Shown piece after piece: positions 38,120-48,352 of a stretch of 64,000 bases of DNA. The stretch is from IMG/VR virus record IMGVR_UViG_3300031774_000001, one strand, 5' to 3'. A program made the position numbers and the translations under genes. A model generated the notes under the pieces. It was not told where the DNA came from and did not search any database. It saw nothing but the letters and a program-made list of their open reading frames with translations. Within the stretch, counting starts at the first letter, position 1; the number at the start of each line of letters is the position of its first letter. This stretch comes from a virus.

Positions 38120-38403
38120 TGTATCAACCATTACCAAGAGAAGTGCAAATTAAAATGAGCAAAATTCACGGAGAAGGATTATTTGCAAAAGAAGATATTG
38201 ATGACAATACAAAGATAGGATTAGGTTGGTTGATTGTAGGTCCTGAATTAATAAGAACTCCATTAGGAGGTTTCATTAATCATAGTGATGAACCAAATAC
38301 AATAAAAATAAAAAAAGATAATAGATATTATCTCTATACAATAAGAGATATAAAAAAAGGTGAAGAGTTAACTTTAAAATATACTTTTTATAGTGTGAAA
38401 TGA
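38119..38403 (+). CDS. minimal SET-domain protein
   Basis: SKIHGEGLFA, GGFINHSDEPN, IKKGEELTLKY. Confidence 0.88.
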   Translation: MYQPLPREVQIKMSKIHGEGLFAKEDIDDNTKIGLGWLIVGPELIRTPLGGFINHSDEPNTIKIKKDNRYYLYTIRDIKKGEELTLKYTFYSVK

Positions 38404-39143
38404 GCAAATTAACTGTTATATTACCAGCGGCTGGAAAAGGAACTAGATTAAATCTACCATATCCAAAAGAAATATTACGATTAGATAATGATAATGCTTT
38501 GATTGATAATTGTTTTAATTTTTTTAGAGATTATGGAAGAAATGATGTTGAATTTATAGTTATTATTAATGAAGACAAACCAGAACTATTAACTTATTTA
38601 GCAAAATATAAAAGTAAATTTAACATATCATTTATATATCAAAATCCTTTTCATCAAGAATATACAGGTGCAATTAAAAGTGCTAGACCTTTATTTGGAG
38701 AACATAATATAGTTTTATTGCCTGATACATTAATGACATTACAACCAAATCAAGATTTATATACTTTAATTATGTCAGCATTACAAGAAACAGGATTTAC
38801 ATTTTTATATAAAGAAGAATTAGATGATTCAGTATTAAAAACTAAAGGTGCATTAAATATAAATGCTGAAAATTTAGTTTTAGATTATTGCGATAAACCT
38901 GAAAATAATAAATTAGGTATATATAATGCGTTTTGGTGTGCATTTGGATTTAGAAGACGAGTATTTGATACTTGTATGAGTTTTATGGAAAAATCTACGT
39001 TAAAAATGAAAGTAAATGGTAAAGATATAAAATCAACACCTATCTATGGTAGTAAAGCAATTAAAGTAAAAGACTATGTTGATTTAGGAACTTGGAGTGA
39101 AATAAGGAGATTATTAATAAATTATGAAAAAGATAATAACTGA
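38400..39143 (+). CDS. sugar-phosphate nucleotidyltransferase
   Basis: LPAAGKGTRL...PKE, LLPD, DLGTW. Confidence 0.85.
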   Translation: MSKLTVILPAAGKGTRLNLPYPKEILRLDNDNALIDNCFNFFRDYGRNDVEFIVIINEDKPELLTYLAKYKSKFNISFIYQNPFHQEYTGAIKSARPLFGEHNIVLLPDTLMTLQPNQDLYTLIMSALQETGFTFLYKEELDDSVLKTKGALNINAENLVLDYCDKPENNKLGIYNAFWCAFGFRRRVFDTCMSFMEKSTLKMKVNGKDIKSTPIYGSKAIKVKDYVDLGTWSEIRRLLINYEKDNN

Positions 39144-39696
39144 CTGTGATGGTGTCCTTTTAGACTGGTGTTTTGCTTTTGACATTTGGATGAGTGAACA
39201 AGGATATACTAGAATGCCTGAAACGGATCATTACTTTAGTCAATCAAAACGATATAACATACCCGAAAAAGAAGCATTAGAACAAGTTAATTTATTTAAT
39301 CAAACAGGAGTGTTAGGATTTGTACCAGCATATAAAGATAGTGTTGAGTATGTAACTAGATTGGCAAGAGAAGGTTATAGATTTGATGTTATTACTATGA
39401 TTGGACCTGACAAGTATGCTCATAAGTTAAGAAAAGCAAATTTAAGACATTTATTTGGTGATGTATTTGATGAAATATATTGTGCAGGAGATTTTAAACA
39501 ACCTAAAAAAGAAATTTTAGAAGAAAGATATAAAGGAACAAATTATGTTTGGATTGAGGATAGAGTTGATTATGCAATGCAAGGTGATGAAGTTGGTTTA
39601 AATACATTTATGATGGATCATCCTTATAATAGAGAATATAAAGGACAACGAGTGAAGAATTGGAAAGAATTATATGACACCACATTTAGAAGCTAA
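39124..39696 (+). CDS. HAD hydrolase (T4 gp30.2-like)
   Basis: TDCDGVLLDW, WIED, HPYN. Confidence 0.8.
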   Translation: MKKIITDCDGVLLDWCFAFDIWMSEQGYTRMPETDHYFSQSKRYNIPEKEALEQVNLFNQTGVLGFVPAYKDSVEYVTRLAREGYRFDVITMIGPDKYAHKLRKANLRHLFGDVFDEIYCAGDFKQPKKEILEERYKGTNYVWIEDRVDYAMQGDEVGLNTFMMDHPYNREYKGQRVKNWKELYDTTFRS

Positions 39697-40339
39697 AATT
39701 GGTGATTATGCTGATACAGTATTATTACCTGGTGATCCGTTAAGAGCAAAATGGATTGCAGAAACATATTTAGATAATGTAAGACAAGTTAATAGTGTGA
39801 GAAATATGTTAGGCTTTACAGGAACATATAAAGGTAAATCTATATCAGTACAAGGAGGTGGTATGGGTATGCCTTCAAACGCAATTTACATACACGAACT
39901 TTATAATACGTATAATGTAAAAACTATTATAAGAGTGGGTAGTTGTGGTGGTATTCATAAAAATTTAAATGTAGGCGATATAGTTGTAGCTACAAGAGCA
40001 ATTACAGACAACGCAATGATAAATGTATCTGTTGTTGAAGGATCAAGTGATTTGTTAAATGCTTATATGAAAGTTGCACCTGAAAATACTATGCAAGGAT
40101 ATATCAAGTCTAGTGATTGGTTTTATAATCCAAATAAAGATTGGTGGAAAGATGAAAATATTGCAATAGCAGTTGAAATGGAAACACATATATTATATAA
40201 TTTAGCAAATAAATTTAACAAGAAAGCATTATCAGTATGTACAGTTGCAGACCATTTTGAAAAACCAGAAGATATGACTTCTAAAGAAAGAGAAACTAGT
40301 TTTAAAGCAATGATAGAGAGTATATTAAAAATATGTTAG
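39674..40339 (+). CDS. deoD: purine nucleoside phosphorylase
   Basis: MTPH, LPGDPLRAKWIA, GMGMPS, IRVGSCG, VEME. Confidence 0.92.
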   Translation: MTPHLEAKIGDYADTVLLPGDPLRAKWIAETYLDNVRQVNSVRNMLGFTGTYKGKSISVQGGGMGMPSNAIYIHELYNTYNVKTIIRVGSCGGIHKNLNVGDIVVATRAITDNAMINVSVVEGSSDLLNAYMKVAPENTMQGYIKSSDWFYNPNKDWWKDENIAIAVEMETHILYNLANKFNKKALSVCTVADHFEKPEDMTSKERETSFKAMIESILKIC

Positions 40340-41307
40340 TCTTTGTAACACCTAAAAGAAGTGAAGAACATAAAGTGCCTTATTCTTATAGAACAAGAGC
40401 AAATATAGTATCGGAGAATATATTTGATAGTAGAGTTACAGATGATATTAAAACTTTACAACAAAATGATGTTGCAGTATTAGGTAAAAGACATACAAGA
40501 GAGGATGCTGAATATTGTATAAAACACGATATTAAATATATTGTTGATGTTGCAGATGATAAGTTTACAATGTTTAAGCATTGGTATCATACAATACCAA
40601 AAGCAACAGCAGTTACTACAACTTGCCAGCATTTAAGAACAATTATATTAGATGAAGTTGGTAAAGGTTCTGTTATTATACCTGACCCTACTGAAAGAAA
40701 AAGAGGTGTACCAAAGTTTGAAGTAAAAGAAACTATGAAAGCATTTTATTATGGTGCAGAAGGTAATTATAGAAAAATAGATTGGTTAAGAGTTAAATCA
40801 ACTTTAAATTCTGTAAGAAAAACTAGAGTTGATATTATGACAAATAAATCAGAAGATCCACCTAAAGCTTACAAATATTTAAATAGATATGGACAATTTT
40901 GGTTAACACCAGAAGATAGAATAGCATTACAGAAAGAAGGTGTTAAAGAATATACCAGTTTAATAAATTGGAACTTTGATAAACAAGAGCAGTTAGTTAA
41001 TGAATCCGATTTTGTTTTATTACCAGTTACTTCTGATAGAGAATCAAGAAGTAAAGGAAATAATAGACCTATTGACGCATTGCAACAAGGTAGAATAGTA
41101 TTAACCAATCCAGGTATAAAGAGTTATGAAGATTTAAAAAAATACTTATATATAGGTGATTTTTATACAACGTATAAATTAATGCTTGAAAATCCTGAAG
41201 AAGTATTATCAAAAATTAGAAATGCTCAAACGTATATAAATGAACATTATACACCAAAAGCAATAGGATTGAAGTGGAAAAGAGTATATGACAGACTACA
41301 TAAATAG
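40333..41307 (+). CDS. glycosyltransferase-like protein
   Basis: DVADD, IPDP, SKGNNR..DAL..G in a glycan-gene context. Confidence 0.55.
   Translation: MLVFVTPKRSEEHKVPYSYRTRANIVSENIFDSRVTDDIKTLQQNDVAVLGKRHTREDAEYCIKHDIKYIVDVADDKFTMFKHWYHTIPKATAVTTTCQHLRTIILDEVGKGSVIIPDPTERKRGVPKFEVKETMKAFYYGAEGNYRKIDWLRVKSTLNSVRKTRVDIMTNKSEDPPKAYKYLNRYGQFWLTPEDRIALQKEGVKEYTSLINWNFDKQEQLVNESDFVLLPVTSDRESRSKGNNRPIDALQQGRIVLTNPGIKSYEDLKKYLYIGDFYTTYKLMLENPEEVLSKIRNAQTYINEHYTPKAIGLKWKRVYDRLHK
41299..41306 (+). promoter_or_regulatory. late promoter variant
   Basis: CATAAATA before the sugar-synthesis genes. Confidence 0.5.
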
Positions 41308-41322
41308 AGATAAGGAGTGATT

Positions 41323-42477
41323 ATGAAATATCCATTAGCCTGTGATACTTGGGATCAAAAAGAACTAGACGCAATACAAGAAGTTATAAAAAGTGGCCGA
41401 TATACAATGGGCCCACACGTCAAGAAGTTTGAGCAAGAGTTTGCTAAATATTTTAGATGTAAAGACGCAGTTATGGTTAATAGTGGTTCAACCGCCAATC
41501 TATTAATGGTAGCATTATTAAAATTAAAATATAAAAAAGGTGGTAATATAATTGTGCCTGCTGTATCTTGGTCAACAACATATTTTCCATTACAACAATA
41601 CGGTTTCAAATTAAATTTTGTAGATGTAGATAGAGAAACTTTAAATATAGACCCTAATAAAGTTAGAGAAGCAATTAATGAGGATACGTGTGCTATATTT
41701 GCAGTTAATCTTTTAGGTAACTCCTGTGACCATTATTCATTAATGCATATTGCTAGAGATAATGGACTTATGTTAATAGAGGATAATTGTGAGAGTTTAG
41801 GTGCTCAGACATATAACTTTGAATATTGTGGAACGTTTGCTGATTTAGGTAGTTTTTCTTTCTTCTTTTCACATCACTTACAAACAATGGAAGGTGGTAT
41901 GATTGCTTGTAGAGATAAAGATGACGCAGATTATTTAAGGTCATTAAGAGCACACGGTTGGTGCCGAGATTTACCAGACGATAATAAGATTTATAAGAAG
42001 ACTGGAGATAAATTTAAAGATAGTTTTACGTTTGTAACTCCAGGATATAGTGTTAGACCATTAGAAATGAGTGGTGCGATAGGTAGTGTGCAACTTAAAA
42101 AAGAATTTGCAATGAGAACACAAAGAATTAAAAATGCTAAATATTTTCAAGAAAGATTTAAAAATAATAAAGATATTTTATTACAGAAAGAAATAGGAAC
42201 ATCTAGTTGGTTTGGATTCTCACTAGTATTACAAAACAATTTAGAAGGTAAACGTGATGAAGTTGTTAAGAAACTTACAGAAAATGGAGTAGAGTGTAGA
42301 CCTATTGTTGCAGGAAACTTTATGAAAAATCCTGTAATAGATTATCTTGAATATTATAGTAATAGTTGTCCTAATGCAGATTATATTCATAAGAATGGTT
42401 TGTTTATAGGAAATGATATAGGAGATTTAACATTAAACATTGATATGGTATACAGTATAATAAAGGAAGTAAAATGA
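41323..42477 (+). CDS. colD: DegT-family PLP enzyme, ColD-like GDP-4-keto-6-deoxymannose 3-dehydratase
   Basis: VNSGSTANL, EDNCESLG, SFFFSHHLQTMEGG (His at the catalytic Lys position), RAHGW.R, RPIVAGNF. Confidence 0.8.
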   Translation: MKYPLACDTWDQKELDAIQEVIKSGRYTMGPHVKKFEQEFAKYFRCKDAVMVNSGSTANLLMVALLKLKYKKGGNIIVPAVSWSTTYFPLQQYGFKLNFVDVDRETLNIDPNKVREAINEDTCAIFAVNLLGNSCDHYSLMHIARDNGLMLIEDNCESLGAQTYNFEYCGTFADLGSFSFFFSHHLQTMEGGMIACRDKDDADYLRSLRAHGWCRDLPDDNKIYKKTGDKFKDSFTFVTPGYSVRPLEMSGAIGSVQLKKEFAMRTQRIKNAKYFQERFKNNKDILLQKEIGTSSWFGFSLVLQNNLEGKRDEVVKKLTENGVECRPIVAGNFMKNPVIDYLEYYSNSCPNADYIHKNGLFIGNDIGDLTLNIDMVYSIIKEVK

Positions 42478-43514
42478 AAAGAGCATTAATAACAGGTATA
42501 ACTGGACAAGACGGCGCCTATCTTGCTAAGTTATTATTAGAAAAAGGATATAAAGTATTTGGTGGACAAAGACGAAGTACATCACCAAAACATTGGCGAT
42601 TAGATGAAATGGGTATTACAGACCAAATAGAGTTTGTTGAACTTGATGTAATAGACCAAGCAAACATAAGAAGAGCAATAGAAGAAACTAAACCAGACGA
42701 AGTATATAATTTAGCGGCACAATCATTTGTATGGTTATCATTTAAACAACCAGAACTTGCTACTCTAATAGACGCAATGGGTCCTTTAAGAATACTAGAA
42801 AGTATTAGACAAGTAAATCCTAAAATAAAATTTTATCAAGCAAGTACAAGTGAAATGTATGGAAAAGTATTTGAAACTCCACAATCAGAAACAACAAAGT
42901 TTTGGCCAAGGTCGCCATATGGTGTTGCAAAACTATATGCTCATCACATAACAATTAACTATAGAGAAGCATATAATATGTTTGCTTGTTGTGGTCTTTT
43001 ATTTAATCACGAAAGTGCTCATAGAGGTGAGGATTTTGTAACTAGAAAGATATCAAAAGGTTTAGCAAAATGGTTGAAAGATAGTACACCTATTGTTTTA
43101 GGAAACTTAACAGCAAAAAGAGATTGGGGACACGCCGAAGATTTTGTTAGAGGTATGTGGCAAATGCTACAACACGATAAACCAGATGACTATGTATTAG
43201 CAACTGGTAAAATTCATACAGTAAAACAATTTGCAGATATGGCATTAGATTATAAAGAGATAGAACACTATTGGAAAGATGATGAGTGTTTTACAAAAGA
43301 TAATAGATTAATTATAACAACTGATAAGAAACATTTAAGACCTGCCGAGGTTGATGTATTACAAGGGGATGCTAGTAAGGCAAAAAGAGTATTAGGTTGG
43401 GAACATAAACATAACGTGGAGAGTTTAATGAAAGAAATGGTAGACGCTGATTGTGATAGAATAGGTGCAGATAAAGAAATGAATTTATGGGATAGTCCAG
43501 AGAGGTGTATATAA
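42474..43514 (+). CDS. gmd: GDP-mannose 4,6-dehydratase
   Basis: ITGITGQDGAYLA, YNLAAQS, YQASTSE, SPYGVAK, LFNHES, RDWGHA. Confidence 0.95.
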   Translation: MKRALITGITGQDGAYLAKLLLEKGYKVFGGQRRSTSPKHWRLDEMGITDQIEFVELDVIDQANIRRAIEETKPDEVYNLAAQSFVWLSFKQPELATLIDAMGPLRILESIRQVNPKIKFYQASTSEMYGKVFETPQSETTKFWPRSPYGVAKLYAHHITINYREAYNMFACCGLLFNHESAHRGEDFVTRKISKGLAKWLKDSTPIVLGNLTAKRDWGHAEDFVRGMWQMLQHDKPDDYVLATGKIHTVKQFADMALDYKEIEHYWKDDECFTKDNRLIITTDKKHLRPAEVDVLQGDASKAKRVLGWEHKHNVESLMKEMVDADCDRIGADKEMNLWDSPERCI

Positions 43515-44263
43515 TGGCTGAATATGTTTTTACTACAACATTTAATAGAAAACTTTATGATGACTATGCTCATCAATTAATTGATACGTTTGTGGCAACA
43601 AAGCAGTTAGCAATGATGTATGTTTTTGTTGAAGATAACCCTAATTTTTACCCTAAAGTAGATAGAGTACACTATTATAATATATTTGATTACGAACCAG
43701 ATTTAAAAGATTTTATTGAAAGAAATAAACATAGAAAAGCAAATACTTTTTATGAAGAAGCAATAAGATTTAGTTATAAAGTATTTGCTCAATCAGCAGC
43801 CAGAGCTAGGGGTGAGAAAATAATTTATGTAGATAGTGATTGTAAGTTTATGGATACAATACCTGGCGAATGGTATCAGCAATGTATACCAAATTTGAAT
43901 TTTTTATCATTTTATGATAGACCAAAACAATATACAGAAACAGGTTTACTTGCATTTAATACTAGTCCAAATGGTAATTATAGCATATGCAATAGGTTTT
44001 TTGAAGAATATAAAAATTGGTATGTAACAGATAAAGTATATTCAATAAACAAATTAGGAAAGAATTTTTGGACAGATTGCCATACATTGGACGCAACTAG
44101 GCAAATGTTTAAAGACGATCCCAATTATAGTGAAAGACCACTAGGGGACGGTGAAAACGGTCATATAATGGCAAGAGATAAGTGGCTTAATCCATATATA
44201 GACCATAGAAAAGGAAAAAGAAAATTTTCCTCAAATAGTCCAGAATGGAGAAAACATAGATGA
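43514..44263 (+). CDS. GT-A-like glycosyltransferase
   Basis: RFSYKVFA, YVDSD, ETG, WTDC, DH.KG. Confidence 0.7.
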   Translation: MAEYVFTTTFNRKLYDDYAHQLIDTFVATKQLAMMYVFVEDNPNFYPKVDRVHYYNIFDYEPDLKDFIERNKHRKANTFYEEAIRFSYKVFAQSAARARGEKIIYVDSDCKFMDTIPGEWYQQCIPNLNFLSFYDRPKQYTETGLLAFNTSPNGNYSICNRFFEEYKNWYVTDKVYSINKLGKNFWTDCHTLDATRQMFKDDPNYSERPLGDGENGHIMARDKWLNPYIDHRKGKRKFSSNSPEWRKHR

Positions 44264-44517
44264 CGGATAAAGATGAGTTACAAAAAGCGTTAGATGGTGA
44301 AATGGGTTTACCAACAGAAACATCTAGCGAACACGATAGAACTTATGAGAACGAAGGCGCTAGAGATTACAGTCCTATGGTTCAAATAAGTATTAAAGAA
44401 TATGATAAATTAAAAGAACAAAATAAGTATATTACAGACCCTACTTTGATTGGTATGATAGATAAGTTAGAGTTTTTTTTAAAAGAGTTGAGAAAACACA
44501 TAGTAAGAAAATTATAA
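44260..44517 (+). CDS. hypothetical protein
   Basis: ORF track; coupled starts and stops. Confidence 0.65.
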   Translation: MTDKDELQKALDGEMGLPTETSSEHDRTYENEGARDYSPMVQISIKEYDKLKEQNKYITDPTLIGMIDKLEFFLKELRKHIVRKL

Positions 44518-45194
44518 TGATTAACATTTTTGTTGGATATGATAGTAAAGAAAAGGTAGCATTTAATGTACTTGCATATAGTATATTAAAGTATAGTACA
44601 AGACCTGTATCTATTACACCAATATATCTTCCTAATATAAAAGATAACTTTATTAGAGAAAGAAGTAATATAGAATCAACTGAATTTAGTTTTAGTAGAT
44701 TTATAGTACCACACCTTATGAATTATAAGGGTTGGGCATTGTTTATGGATTGTGACCAGTTAATGATGACAGATGTTGCTGAATTATGGAGATTACGTGA
44801 TGAGAAATATGCTGTCCAAGTATGTAAACACGATTATATACCAAGAAACTCAAAGAAGTTTTTAGGTCAAACACAAACAAAATATGAAAAGAAAAATTGG
44901 TCAAGTTTTATGTTAATGAATTGTGATAAGTGTACAGCATTAACACCAGATTACGTTAATACTGCTACAGGATTACAATTACATCAATTTAAATGGTTAG
45001 AGAACGATAGTTTAATTGGAGAACTACCATTAGAGTGGAATTGGTTAGTTGGGGAATATCCTCGTAAAGATGATGTTAAGAATGTTCATTTTACAGAAGG
45101 TGGACCTTGGTTTGTAGATTATCTACAATGTGATTATTCAGATGAGTGGCACACTCTTAAAAGAGAAACAACTGAAACGAATATGGTTAAATGA
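44517..45194 (+). CDS. glycosyltransferase (GT8-like)
   Basis: IFVGYD, STEFSFSRF, FMDCD, KNWSS, HFTEGGPW. Confidence 0.85.
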   Translation: MINIFVGYDSKEKVAFNVLAYSILKYSTRPVSITPIYLPNIKDNFIRERSNIESTEFSFSRFIVPHLMNYKGWALFMDCDQLMMTDVAELWRLRDEKYAVQVCKHDYIPRNSKKFLGQTQTKYEKKNWSSFMLMNCDKCTALTPDYVNTATGLQLHQFKWLENDSLIGELPLEWNWLVGEYPRKDDVKNVHFTEGGPWFVDYLQCDYSDEWHTLKRETTETNMVK

Positions 45195-45958
45195 TCCAGG
45201 GACTATTGACAAGACCAGCGACAGATGATATTGTACAAAATTTTGTTGAAAGTGCAAAAGGAACATTACATAGTGATGGACCTAATTTTGATACAGTAAA
45301 CTTTAGTGGAGATATTGCTTGTTTTGGTGTATTAAGAGGTACAAGTGAAGTTATGGCACAGGCGAATAATTTTTATTACTTTGACCACGCTTATATGTTT
45401 GGTAATAGACATAATAAGTCAAAAATATTTGGTGAAAGAATATACAGATTAACAAAGAACTTTCAACATATAAGAGAAATAAAAAAGTTGAAAGCAACAG
45501 ATAGACAAAGAATACAAAAGTATCAACCGTATATTAAATTAAAAGATTGGAAGTATAGTGGAGATTATGTATTAGTGTGTGATATATCTGAACACGCAAA
45601 AAAATTTTATGATAGAACTAATTGGTTAAATGAAACTGTAAAAGAATTAAAGAAACATACAAAAAGAGAGATTAGAGTTAGAAGTAAAGGCGCTAAAACA
45701 TCTTTTAAAAATGATTTAAAAAATGCATATGCAGTTGTATCATTTCAATCAACTGTATGTATTGACGCAATGATAAATGGAATACCAAGTTTTTGTGATA
45801 AATTATCAATGGGGCTACCAGTATCACTAGATGATTTAAGTTTAATTGAAGACCCATTATATCCAAGTAATAGACAAGCGTGGATAGAAAGTTTATTAGC
45901 AAATCAATTTACTATGACAGAAATAAAGAATGGAACAGCGTGGAGAAATATACAATGA
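45191..45958 (+). CDS. putative glycosyltransferase / capsule-synthesis-like protein (paralog of 47540)
   Basis: YYFDHAY, DLKNA..VV..S, GIP, NQFT..EI..GTA. Confidence 0.55.
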   Translation: MIQGLLTRPATDDIVQNFVESAKGTLHSDGPNFDTVNFSGDIACFGVLRGTSEVMAQANNFYYFDHAYMFGNRHNKSKIFGERIYRLTKNFQHIREIKKLKATDRQRIQKYQPYIKLKDWKYSGDYVLVCDISEHAKKFYDRTNWLNETVKELKKHTKREIRVRSKGAKTSFKNDLKNAYAVVSFQSTVCIDAMINGIPSFCDKLSMGLPVSLDDLSLIEDPLYPSNRQAWIESLLANQFTMTEIKNGTAWRNIQ

Positions 45959-46028
45959 GATTAGGTATTGGCGCTTTATTTGTTTTCTTGTCAAGTATAT
46001 TTGCTTGGATAATGAAGAGGAAGAAAAG

Positions 46029-46514
46029 ATGAAAGTATTAAAAAGTAAATTATCAGATTTTTTTAAATGGGTAAAGGGTACTGAACTTGTTGAGTTAGAT
46101 AATATAGACGTATCGGAAGATCCAGTTAGACCTGAATTAACTTTAGGTTGGCGAATAACAAATGGTCGTAAGATATTTGGTTTAAAATATGATGATGAAA
46201 TTGAAGGTATTATGTGTATAGCATTTACTAATGATGTTCCTTCAAGTATAAAAGAACTAGATATTATGAGTGAGTTAGCACATTTAAAAAATGAAAAGAA
46301 AATTGCTATTGCATATACAGTATGGTCAAGAAAAAGAGGTGCAGGTAAAGAGATAGTAAATAAAGTATTAGAATATGCTAAAAAGAATAAAATTGAAAGA
46401 GTAATAACGTTGTCCCCATTAACACCTATGGCGACACACTTTCATATTAGAAATGGTGCAAAACAAATTAATATAAACGAGGTAACCCAAAATTTTGAGT
46501 ATGAGATTAGATAA
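46029..46514 (+). CDS. GNAT-like hypothetical protein
   Basis: YTVWSRKRGAGKEI, TLSP.T.MA..FH.RNGA. Confidence 0.55.
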   Translation: MKVLKSKLSDFFKWVKGTELVELDNIDVSEDPVRPELTLGWRITNGRKIFGLKYDDEIEGIMCIAFTNDVPSSIKELDIMSELAHLKNEKKIAIAYTVWSRKRGAGKEIVNKVLEYAKKNKIERVITLSPLTPMATHFHIRNGAKQININEVTQNFEYEIR

Positions 46515-47556
46515 CGAAATAAAATTAGATTACAAAGACGTATTATTAAAACCTAAAAGGTCAACATTATCATCAAGACGTGATGTAGAAATGACTAGGT
46601 CATTTACATTTAGAAATTCTGGTGAAACATATGAGTGTTGTCCAATAATAGCGTCTAATATGGATGGTGTTGGAACATTTAGTATGGCAAAAGTTATACA
46701 AGAGTATAAGATGATGACCACGATTACGAAGACAACAACACTAGAACAATGGAAAAAAGCAGTTGGGGAAGGTATTAAATTAAAATATCTATCAGTATGT
46801 ACAGGCACAGGTAAGTTATGGGATGATGACGCTGAAGATTATTCTACAATGCAAAAAGTATTGAAGAGTTATCCAGATGTTAAATTTATTACGATAGATG
46901 TTGCAAATGGATATCATACAAATTTTTCAGATTTTGTTGGTGCAGTTAGAGAAGAGTATCCAGATAAAACTATTATTGCAGGTAATGTAGTAACTGCTGA
47001 AATGACAGAAGAACTAATTATACAAGGTGCAGACGTAGTTAAAGTAGGTATTGGACCAGGTAGTGTATGTACGACAAGAACTATGGCAGGTGTAGGTGTA
47101 CCTCAATTTAGTGCAGTAGTAGAATGTGCTGACGCCGCTAATGGTGTTGGTGGTCATATTATTGCAGATGGTGGTTGTAATATGCCAGGAGATATTGCGA
47201 AAGCATTTGGTGGTGGTGCTCACTTTGTTATGTTAGGTGGTATGTTAGCAGGACACAATGAAAGTGAAGTAGAAAGTAAAAATGGTAGAAGAGAATTTTA
47301 TGGTATGTCTTCTGATAGAGCAAGAGAAGTACACGGAAAAAGAAAAGACGGTTATAGAGGTAATGAAGGACGAGCAGTTATATTACCAGATAGAGGACCT
47401 GTTAAAGAAACGATAGAAGATTTATTAGGAGGTGTTCGTTCAAGTTGTACATATATTGGTGCAAGACGATTAAAAGATATTCCTAAATGTGCAAGTTTTG
47501 TTAGATGTGTACAACCATTGAATACAGTATTTGAAGCATATGATAGTAACTCATAA
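46501..47556 (+). CDS. guaC: GMP reductase
   Basis: DVLLKPKRSTLSSR, NMDGVGTF, IDVANG, VGIGPGSVCTTR, FYGMSS, GGVRSSCTY. Confidence 0.93.
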   Translation: MRLDNEIKLDYKDVLLKPKRSTLSSRRDVEMTRSFTFRNSGETYECCPIIASNMDGVGTFSMAKVIQEYKMMTTITKTTTLEQWKKAVGEGIKLKYLSVCTGTGKLWDDDAEDYSTMQKVLKSYPDVKFITIDVANGYHTNFSDFVGAVREEYPDKTIIAGNVVTAEMTEELIIQGADVVKVGIGPGSVCTTRTMAGVGVPQFSAVVECADAANGVGGHIIADGGCNMPGDIAKAFGGGAHFVMLGGMLAGHNESEVESKNGRREFYGMSSDRAREVHGKRKDGYRGNEGRAVILPDRGPVKETIEDLLGGVRSSCTYIGARRLKDIPKCASFVRCVQPLNTVFEAYDSNS

Positions 47557-48352
47557 TATACCTTGGGATAAATGTTTAAGTAAACAATTGTTTCCTGCTA
47601 TAGAAAAAGGATGGTCAAGTGAAGGCAGACCTACTCATTTCTTTTGGGGACTTGCAGGTAAAAATATAAAAGGTATAAGAGAGTGCATAGAGAAAAATGA
47701 AGAGTGGTGGTATGTAGATGTTGGTTATTTAACACAACCAATTACAAGATATCCAGAACCAATTATACACGATTACGATAAGACATATTTTAGAATATGT
47801 AAAGGTAATTTACATACGATAAGAGGTAAAGTAGGGCCTGGAACACGATTACAGAAACTAGAGCATCTTGGGATAGATGTAGATTTTAAAGGGTGGAATA
47901 CTGGAGAAACAACTCATATACTAGTAGCACCTTCTTCTCAAACAGTAACTTACCATATTAATGGAATAAGTCAAGACGATTGGATTAAACAAGTTACAGA
48001 AGAGATTAAGAAACATACAGATTTACCTATTAAGTTTAGAAACAAACCTAGACCTGGTAATGAGTGGTGGGATACTGATATAAAAGATGATTTAAAAAAT
48101 GCTCATTGTTTGGTAACCAATATGAGTTTAGCTGGTGTTGACGCAATATTAAATCAAGTACCTGTTATATGCCATCAAAGAAATGTATGCTCATTTATAT
48201 CATCAAAGGATATAAAGTATATAAAGAAACCTATGAGAGCAGGAAGAAAGACTGTAAATGAGTGGTTAAAAATGATTGCAGAAAATCAATTTACAATACC
48301 TGAAATTGAAGATGGAACTGCTTATAGAATATTACAGGAACAAAACGTATGA
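47540..48352 (+). CDS. putative glycosyltransferase / capsule-synthesis-like protein (paralog of 45191)
   Basis: WYVDVGY, DDLKNAHCLVT..S, NQFT.PEIEDGTA. Confidence 0.55.
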   Translation: MIVTHNIPWDKCLSKQLFPAIEKGWSSEGRPTHFFWGLAGKNIKGIRECIEKNEEWWYVDVGYLTQPITRYPEPIIHDYDKTYFRICKGNLHTIRGKVGPGTRLQKLEHLGIDVDFKGWNTGETTHILVAPSSQTVTYHINGISQDDWIKQVTEEIKKHTDLPIKFRNKPRPGNEWWDTDIKDDLKNAHCLVTNMSLAGVDAILNQVPVICHQRNVCSFISSKDIKYIKKPMRAGRKTVNEWLKMIAENQFTIPEIEDGTAYRILQEQNV

